Origin: Octopus vulgaris | Lineage: Eukaryota | Assembly (NCBI GenBank): GCA_951406725.2 | Contig: OX597825.1 | Span: 45,322,001-45,386,000, forward strand | Direction of reading: 5' to 3' | Length of the DNA stretch: 64,000 nucleotides | Shown: piece by piece, positions 57,015 to 64,000 of the stretch | Numbering within the stretch: position 1 is the stretch's first letter | How the letters are laid out: every line of letters starts with the position of its first letter | Position numbers and translations under genes: made by a program | The notes under the pieces: model-generated | Databases searched by the model: none | Seen by the model: the letters and a program-made list of their open reading frames with translations, nothing else | What the model was told of the DNA's origin: nothing

Positions 57015-58560
57015 AATTGGTGTAGCAGCATTATAGTCAGCTGCTACAAAGACAAAGGTGATATCTCAAACAGAAATATTTACAGAGGTATCAAATTACT
57101 GGACCAAGTGATGAAAGTCACAGAAAGGGTCATAAGCTCAATGAATTAGGAAGAGAGTTAGCCTAGATGAGATGCTGTTTGGATTTGTGTCAGGTAGAAG
57201 TACAACTGATGCTATATTCCTGGTTATGCAACTTCAGGAGAAATATGAACCTCTGTACTTGACTTTTGCCAACATGGAGAAAACTTTTAACAGGGTCCCC
57301 TGCTCTGTTATCTGGTGGTCAATGTGGAAGCTAGGGATAAATGAGTGGTTAGTGAGAGCAGTACAAGCCATGTACAGGGATGCTGCCAGTAAGGTGAAGA
57401 TTGGCAACAAGTACAGCAATGCATTCAGTGTACAGGAAAGAGATCACCAAGGATCATTTCTCAGCCCCTTCTTGTTTTTCTTAGACTTTTAGGCCTTAAC
57501 AGAGGAATTAAAGACCAGCTGCACTTGGAAGCTCCTCTACACCGATGACCTTATTCTTATAGTTGAATCACTACTTGACCTAGAGAAGAAATTTCAGGTG
57601 TGGAAACAAGACCTGGAATCTAAGGGCTTTAGAGTTAATTTAACAAAAACCAAAGTCCTAATGAGTATGAAAACAGACAAATCAAAGTCCCTTCAGACAA
57701 TAGATTCCCTTAAATGTTTAGGGTGATCATTAGAAGTAGTAGATAGCTTCTGCTACGTAGGTGACCAAGTTAGCAGTAGAAGAGGAAGTTCTGAAAGTGT
57801 AGTTGCTAGAATAAGAATGGGCTGGGTGAAGTTTAGAGAGCTTCAGCCTTTGTTAGTAACAATGGGCTTCTCCCTCAGAGTGAGAGGCAGATTGTATGAT
57901 GCTTGTGTATGTACAGCTATGCTACATGGCAGTGAAACATGGGCCTTGACTACTGAGGATTTGCAAAGGCTTCAAAGAAATGAAGCTAGCATGCTTTGTT
58001 GGATGGGTAATGTCAGTGTGCACACACAATAGAGTGTAAATGATTTAAGGTTGTAAGAGACATCAGATGTCGTGTGCAAGAGAGAAGACTGCACTGGTTT
58101 GGTCGTGTGTTGCATGTGGATGAAGACAGCTGCATAAAGAAGTGCTGAGCTCTAATTGTGAAGGGAAGCTGTGGAAGGGGTAGACGTGGGATGAAGTGGT
58201 GAGAATGGATCTTTGGATACTGGACCTCACTGAGGAAATGACAAGGGACTGGTAGTTGTGATGATTTGCTGTACTTGAGAAGACATGCCAAGCTAAGTAA
58301 AATCACTGACATCCATACATGCAGGTTTGTCCTTTACAGGTGCCACATAAAATGCACTCGTGTCTGTGTTGTGTAAACGCACCCATGTTGGTGGCACATA
58401 AAAAGCACCCCACACACACTGTAAAGTGGTTGGGCATAGAAACCATACCACAACAGAGAATTGGAGTCTGGACATCTCCCCAGTTGGCCAGCTTCGTGTC
58501 AAACCTTTCAACCTATACCAGCATGGAAAACAGACGTTAAATGATGATGATAATGATGAT
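57015..58560 (+). mobile_element. RTE family A, RT to 3' tail
   Basis: FGFVSGRSTTDAIF, HQGSFLSP, LYTDDL, HGSETW; tail CAGACGTTAAATGATGATG. Confidence 0.88.
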
Positions 58561-58599
58561 AATATATATATGCCAATTATATATATATATATATATATA

Positions 58600-58928
58600 C
58601 ACTCACGGAGTGGTTGGCGTTAGGAAGGGCATCCAGCTGTAGAAACATTGCCAGATAAGACTGGAGCCTGGTGCAGCCTTCTGGCTTCCCAGATCCCCGG
58701 TCGAACCGTCCAACCCATGCTAGCATGGAGATCGGACGTTAAACGATGATGATGATGATGATATATATATATGTATATATATATATGTTAGGAAGGGCAT
58801 CCAGCCGTAGAAACACTGCCAAATCTAACTGGGCCTGATGAAGCCTTCCGGCTTCACAGACCCCAGTTAAACCGTCCAACCCATGCTAGCATGGAAAACG
58901 GACGCTAAATGATGATGATGATGATGAT
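58600..58928 (+). mobile_element. Two further RTE-A 3' tails in tandem, separated by (TA)n
   Basis: GTTAGGAAGGGCATCCAGC..CCATGCTAGCATGGA..GGACG.TAAA.GATGATG at 58600-58760 and 58787-58928. Confidence 0.85.
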
Positions 58929-58942
58929 ATATTATATATAAT

Positions 58943-59340
58943 ACAAATAAGAAAATGGAGAAACAATTTAGTTTGTTCATCAAATTTTGAATATTAGAAT
59001 GTGGACTTATTTATTCATTTAACAAAATGAGAAGCTTAATAGCATACATATATACCTTATAATTCAATACATATAAGATAAGAATACAAATTATAAAAAT
59101 CATAAAATAAATTATTGAAATCATTAAAATCACTCCTTACAGCTGTTTCAGCCTATGGCTAAAAGTAGTTATTTTAATTTTTATTGCCTATAGTTGTCAA
59201 TTATATTGAAGTTGTAGGCACTTAAAAATAGGGTACTTATATATATAACCATAGGCCTCATCAGAGATTATAAAGAACTCCAAAAATATTAGCACAATCA
59301 GGGTACCTAATCATGGTTTTTTTACTTTAAATAGTTGTAA
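58943..59340 (-). mobile_element. Hammerhead-bearing non-coding repeat related to the inverted-repeat arms
   Basis: Shares terminus ACAAA(A)TAAGAAAATGGAGAAA, ACAGCTGTTTCAGCC and CAGAGATTATAAAG with 40866-41280. Confidence 0.7.
59128..59272 (-). ncRNA. Type-I hammerhead ribozyme motif, best preserved copy
   Basis: Minus: TCT-CTGATGA-GGCCTATGGTTA..TAGCCATAGGCT-GAAAC-AGCT-GTA-AGG; 12-bp stem II base. Confidence 0.75.
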
Positions 59341-61239
59341 CTTCTTAAAGTTGTTTATTTACCAACTGACTTCAAAATTCACACGTAGCATGCTTAGACA
59401 TCAATAATCAAATATTTAAACACAATTGATGATCTTCTCATAGTTGCTGTTAGTTACTTAAGATTAATTGCCAGAAAATCCCCCAAAACTCATATAATGC
59501 ATTAAAATAAGTGTTTTGCAACTTAATTAAAATGAAGTTTTGAGGTCTGAATTTCAAGACTATTCCTATGTGTTTGGCATCAAATTAATGGGGTTTTCCT
59601 GGCATCCCCGTCATGCAACAAAAAACAGTGGTCCTCTCTACTTGAGAAAGTTATGAGGTCAGACATCATGTTTATGATAGGAGAGTAATGCTGGCTCATT
59701 TAGGCAACCTTGTGACATTCTAACCCATGCTGTATGCCTATACATGGGGAAACAGTGTTTTATTCTACTTTTACTGAAAGTACTGAACACACACTGCAGT
59801 GTGGTATGCTATTTGCCAATATATGTTCTGGCAGATTTGAGTTTTCAGCCATCTTCATATGTTGAGGAAAACTTTTTTAGCATTTCCAGTGACATAAATT
59901 ATTACTTGACAAGGTAAAAAAATTGGTTTCTCTTTCTACATTTTTTAAGCACGAATTGTACATATGTAGTGATCTATTGTGTGAAAATTTTAGCAAGTTT
60001 GAGCAATGAGAACTTAAATTACTATATGTTTAAATATTGCTGAGGCTGAAAATGAATGTCCGCTTTCCGCTGCATTGGGGTCATATGATTGTTTTCTGAT
60101 GAGGATGAACATTTGAATAGAAGTAATTTTAGCATTATTTACTGCATTTTGCATTATGTGAGCCCAAATATTATTTTAAATATGTCCATTTGAAATTGAA
60201 TTATGTGTACTAAAGATACTTATTGACTATACTACGTTCATAATTTCCTTTTAAAGTGCAGATACCTACACAACACTTTCGTGATATGGAAGATGCTGAA
60301 AGGCTTGCTTGCATATTACAAGAAATTAAAAAAGGACAAAAGAGCAGCTCAAAACGAGGTAAATTATCAAAAGAAGAAATATGACAAAAGCAAAGAGCAA
60401 GATGCACAGAGAAAAGGGATGTAGAGAAAAAGGATGCCATGAAAAGGAAAGGTAGACTAACAAGGGAAGACATCAGGAATGAAGCAAAGAAAGTGAAGAA
60501 AAGGGAGCAAAATGCTCAATATTGAGCAAAGTGCAAGGATCAACAGGCTTCTCATGAGAAGATGATGATAAACAGACAAAGGTTAAGCATAGGTTAGACA
60601 AAGGTTAGGTATAGAGCAAAGCAGAGGGAAGCAAAGGAAACATGTCAGGAAAAAGATGGCCAAGTTATGAACTTATCACCAGCACAGAGATATCAACTCA
60701 TGTCAACATAAATCTCAAAATTCATTACTGTATCTATGTTTAGACATGTGAGAATGGAACCAGTTGTTTATACTATGCACACAGATATGAATACATAAGG
60801 CCAAACTGTTAACAGAAATTTTTGATGAAAAATATTATATCATCCAACATGTCAGCCCTAATTTCATAAAACTTCTTAATAATGGCTAACATATATGTGT
60901 TATTAATTCCTGAAAGTTTCAACTCTTAACTCTTTTGCAAAAGTAAAATATTATAAAATATATGAAAGTGGTTTAATATCTTCAAATTTGAGCATCTATT
61001 TTGATAATATGAAATATGAGATTAAATATATTATGGTTATGTACTAATGGTGAATATAAGGGGTATTTATCAGGAATATTCACAAGGAACTTAAGAAGAA
61101 AAAAAAACAATTTCTCTTTTTCTATGATTTTTTTAATATATTAAGAATTTTTATGTAATTTAATACCAATAATTAAAATGCTAATTTATGTGCGTTTTGA
61201 TCAAGAATTAAAATTTTTTTTACATTAAATGAAGGGACG

Positions 61240-62736
61240 GTGGCGATGATGCAGGAGATCCTAGAGAGAACAAGAGCGGAAGACCCGGTCAGGGGAAACT
61301 GGTACGTGCCCAGGACGAAATGCGGGACCGTCTGGTGTGATGCTAGCAGTATAGCGATAGGGGTGGTGTTGGCAATCGAAGGCACTGCGGTGGAGGACGC
61401 GGCCTGGCTTCGGAAAGCAGATGATTTCAACCACATCAATGTCGCCGAATTAGACGCGCTGCTGAAAGGGGTGAACTTGGCCTTGAAATGGGGGCTGCGC
61501 ACGATTGAAATGCGGACGGATTCGGCCACTGTGCTTGGATGGGTAGGATCGGTGATCACCGGTGACAGGAGAGTGCGGACGAAAGGTGCTGCGGAGATGT
61601 TAGTGAAGCGCCGTCTAGGAGTTCTAGGTGAATTGATCGCCGAATTCGGACTGAAGCTCAACGTGGTCTTCGTGCCTTCGGAGAAAAACAAGGCGGACGT
61701 ACTGACCAGGGTGAAAAGGGCGTGGTTGGAAGAACCGGAGGAGGCTCGGAAAGGGATAGCTGCGGCGTGTCGGTTGGATGACTCTGAACTGAAGAAACTG
61801 CACGCTATGCATCACCTGGGTGTGGACAGGACCCTGTATCTGGCAAAAAAGATTGATGCTGACGTGACCAGGAGAAGCGTCCGGAAGGTGGTCAGGAGCT
61901 GCGACAGGTGTCAGTCCATCGACCCTGCTCCGTGTGGGCATGAACAGGGAAGCCTTTCCGTGGAGCAGAACTGGAAAAGGCTAGCTGTGGATGTGACACA
62001 CTACCGTCAGCGAATGTACCTCTCCATGGTCGACTGTGGGCCGGGCCGGCTGGCCATTTGGAGGGAGTTGAGATCGGGCATTGCTGACGAGATCGTGCAG
62101 ATCCTGAACGGGATATTTTTAGAGAGAGGTCCCGTGGAAGAACTACTGATGGACAACGGGGCGGCGTTTCGTTCGGAAGCATTGAGGGTTATGCTTGATC
62201 GGTGGAACGTGCGACGCTTGTTCAGAGCAGCGTATAGGCCGGGCGGTAACGGGATCATGGAGAGGCACCATCGGACAGTCAAGGCCATAGCGGAAAGAGG
62301 GCACATTTCGCCGCTTGAAGCAGTTTTTTGGTACAACTTGTCTCCCCGATCCGGACAGGCTGAGGAATCTGTGCCGCAGAGAGCTGTGTTTAAATATGAA
62401 TGGAGGCACCTGAGCAAAGCGCCGGAGGGTCACGAGGAAGAGAAGGGACCCGTTTGCGTGAAAATAGGGGAGGAAGTCTGGGTCAAGCCACCAAAGGCGC
62501 GCTGTACGTCTCAATGGAGCAGAGGAACGGTGACGGCGATCAATTCCAGAAGCAACGTATCTGTAGATGGCACACCACGACATGTCTTGGACCTTCGCAG
62601 GATTGTTGCTTCGACGGACGATGATTCGGGAGAGGGGGAGAGTGAGGAGCCCAGCTTGAAAAGATCTCGACGAGCAAGGCGTTCTCCCGGTTGGATGGTA
62701 GACTACAACATGGAGCGGAGAGATCGTGATCTTTAA
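61240..62736 (+). CDS. Pol C-terminal part: RNase H + DDE integrase (498 aa open frame, N-terminus missing)
   Basis: VWCDAS..HINVAELDA..TDSATV..NKADVLT; HAMHHLG..CDRCQ; AVDVTH, LMDNG, GIMERHH. Confidence 0.88.
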   Translation: MAMMQEILERTRAEDPVRGNWYVPRTKCGTVWCDASSIAIGVVLAIEGTAVEDAAWLRKADDFNHINVAELDALLKGVNLALKWGLRTIEMRTDSATVLGWVGSVITGDRRVRTKGAAEMLVKRRLGVLGELIAEFGLKLNVVFVPSEKNKADVLTRVKRAWLEEPEEARKGIAAACRLDDSELKKLHAMHHLGVDRTLYLAKKIDADVTRRSVRKVVRSCDRCQSIDPAPCGHEQGSLSVEQNWKRLAVDVTHYRQRMYLSMVDCGPGRLAIWRELRSGIADEIVQILNGIFLERGPVEELLMDNGAAFRSEALRVMLDRWNVRRLFRAAYRPGGNGIMERHHRTVKAIAERGHISPLEAVFWYNLSPRSGQAEESVPQRAVFKYEWRHLSKAPEGHEEEKGPVCVKIGEEVWVKPPKARCTSQWSRGTVTAINSRSNVSVDGTPRHVLDLRRIVASTDDDSGEGESEEPSLKRSRRARRSPGWMVDYNMERRDRDL

Positions 62737-62749
62737 GATCAGGGTGGCG

Positions 62750-63058
62750 TGTGGGATGACGTCAGCAGCCGGACGTCAGCAGCCGGACGTCAGCCAGCAG
62801 GGTGCGTTGACCGGAAGCTGGGGCAAGCGGAAGGGGTCAGCCGTAAAGCGCGCGCAGGGGGCGGAAGTTGACCTTTCCAACGTGGGTCGTGCTGGTGACA
62901 AGACGTGCGAGGAAGTCGCTAAATGGTTTGGGGCTAGCAGCTGCTATTGTTAGTGTTCGGGTAGGGCTGTGAGGAAGGACCAGCCATCTCTGGAGGATCT
63001 CCGTCACCACGAAGAGAAGGTAGGTGCATCTATATTCAAATCGCACACACTCACTACA
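62750..63058 (+). repeat. 3' LTR (309 bp, TG..CA)
   Basis: TGTGGGATGAC..CACTACA; contains TGACGTCA, CCGGAAG and AAG|GTAGGT. Confidence 0.8.
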
Positions 63059-64000
63059 TGAACCACGCCAGGGGTTTAATAAATTATCATCAAATTTACA
63101 TTCCCAATATACATAGTGTAAGGGTCCCATTAAATGATCACTTAAAGAAAAATGCAAAATGGTGCTGGACTGATAAATGCCAGAATGCATTTGATAAGCT
63201 AAAAGACATTTTAACATTGGACTTAACGTTAACACATTTTGATCCAAAGTTGGATATTATATTGGCTACAGATGCAAGTGATTACAGTGTAAGAGGCACA
63301 TGCTTCTGCACAAATATGATGATGGGAGTAAAAAGGTTATAACCCATGCATCACAATTGTTATTACCAGCTGAAATGAACTATAGCCAAATAAAAAAGGA
63401 AGTGTGAGCAAACATATTCAGTGTCAAAAAATTCCATAGATTTATTCATGGAAGAAGTTTCCATCTACAAATGGATCATCACCCACTACTGTCGATATAC
63501 TGTTCTAAAAAAAGGAATACCAACACACAGTGAATAGACTACAGTGATGGAGCTCTACATTATTGAATTATGACTACAAAATGAAATATTTACCATAAAA
63601 AAAACCTAGGGCATACAGATGGTTTGTCTAGACTATTCAAAGATATGATAATCACAGCTTTAAAATCAGAAGGAGAAATTCTTAAAAAATGTAATATGGA
63701 ATGTGGTACACAAATTTTTGGTAACCCTAGAAGACATAAAAAGAAAATGTTGAGGCAATTTCCTGTTGGACATCCTGGTATTTCAAGGATGAAAGTTTTA
63801 ATGTGTAGCTACATGTACTGGCCAAAAATGGATGGAGAAATCGAAAATTTAGTGAAAGACTGCAGAGGATATGCTCTAACAGCAAAATTACTGATGATAA
63901 AAAGTGAACCTTGGCCAAAAGTAGATGTTCTGTGGCCAATACTACACATTGATTTCGCTGGTCCTTTAAATGGTTCATACTACTTAGTGGTAATGGATAA
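63059..64000 (+). mobile_element. Older Ty3/Gypsy pol remnant (RT end, RNase H, integrase start)
   Basis: GLINYHQIYIPN, ILATDASDY, NYSQIKKE, KKFHRFIHGR, MDHHPLL, HPGISRM, LHIDFAGP. Confidence 0.85.

Larger units (their letters stand above)
61228..63058 (+). mobile_element. Young compact Gypsy element, 5'-truncated (RH-IN + 3' LTR); same lineage as 15195-19004
   Basis: Uninterrupted ORF collinear with 17335-18816; PPT-like AAGATCAGGGTGGCG then LTR. Confidence 0.9.

Noticed and set aside
60095-60125. CTGATGAG as hammerhead core
   Set aside because: No stem II or GAAA..UH partner downstream

Overview
AT-rich, microsatellite-dense eukaryotic DNA made almost entirely of nested, mostly decayed transposable elements. 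The SINE/LINE families and the (TA)n/(CA)n/(TACA)n/(ATG)n load look like a cephalopod (Octopus-type) genome; this is recognition, not a database result. Host content: two small minus-strand coding exons (25522-25573, 24699-24818; possibly IQCH-like), so much of the window is probably intronic. TE content: two RTE LINE families, five R4/Dong-like RLE LINE copies tied to (TACA)n/(CA)n, one near full-length Tx1/L1-clade LINE in (TTA)n with a 45-Q tract in ORF1, several Ty3/Gypsy elements, Tc1 and mariner remnants, Helitrons (one with a PIF1 fragment), Penelope-like remnants and tRNA-derived SINEs. The most unusual signal is a family of non-coding repeats carrying minimal type-I hammerhead ribozyme motifs with a ~85-95 nt stem-II extension. 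Two of them form a ~0.5 kb inverted repeat bracketing the Tx1 LINE; a third, diverged relative has the best-preserved core. Boundaries of decayed elements are approximate (about +/-20-50 bp).
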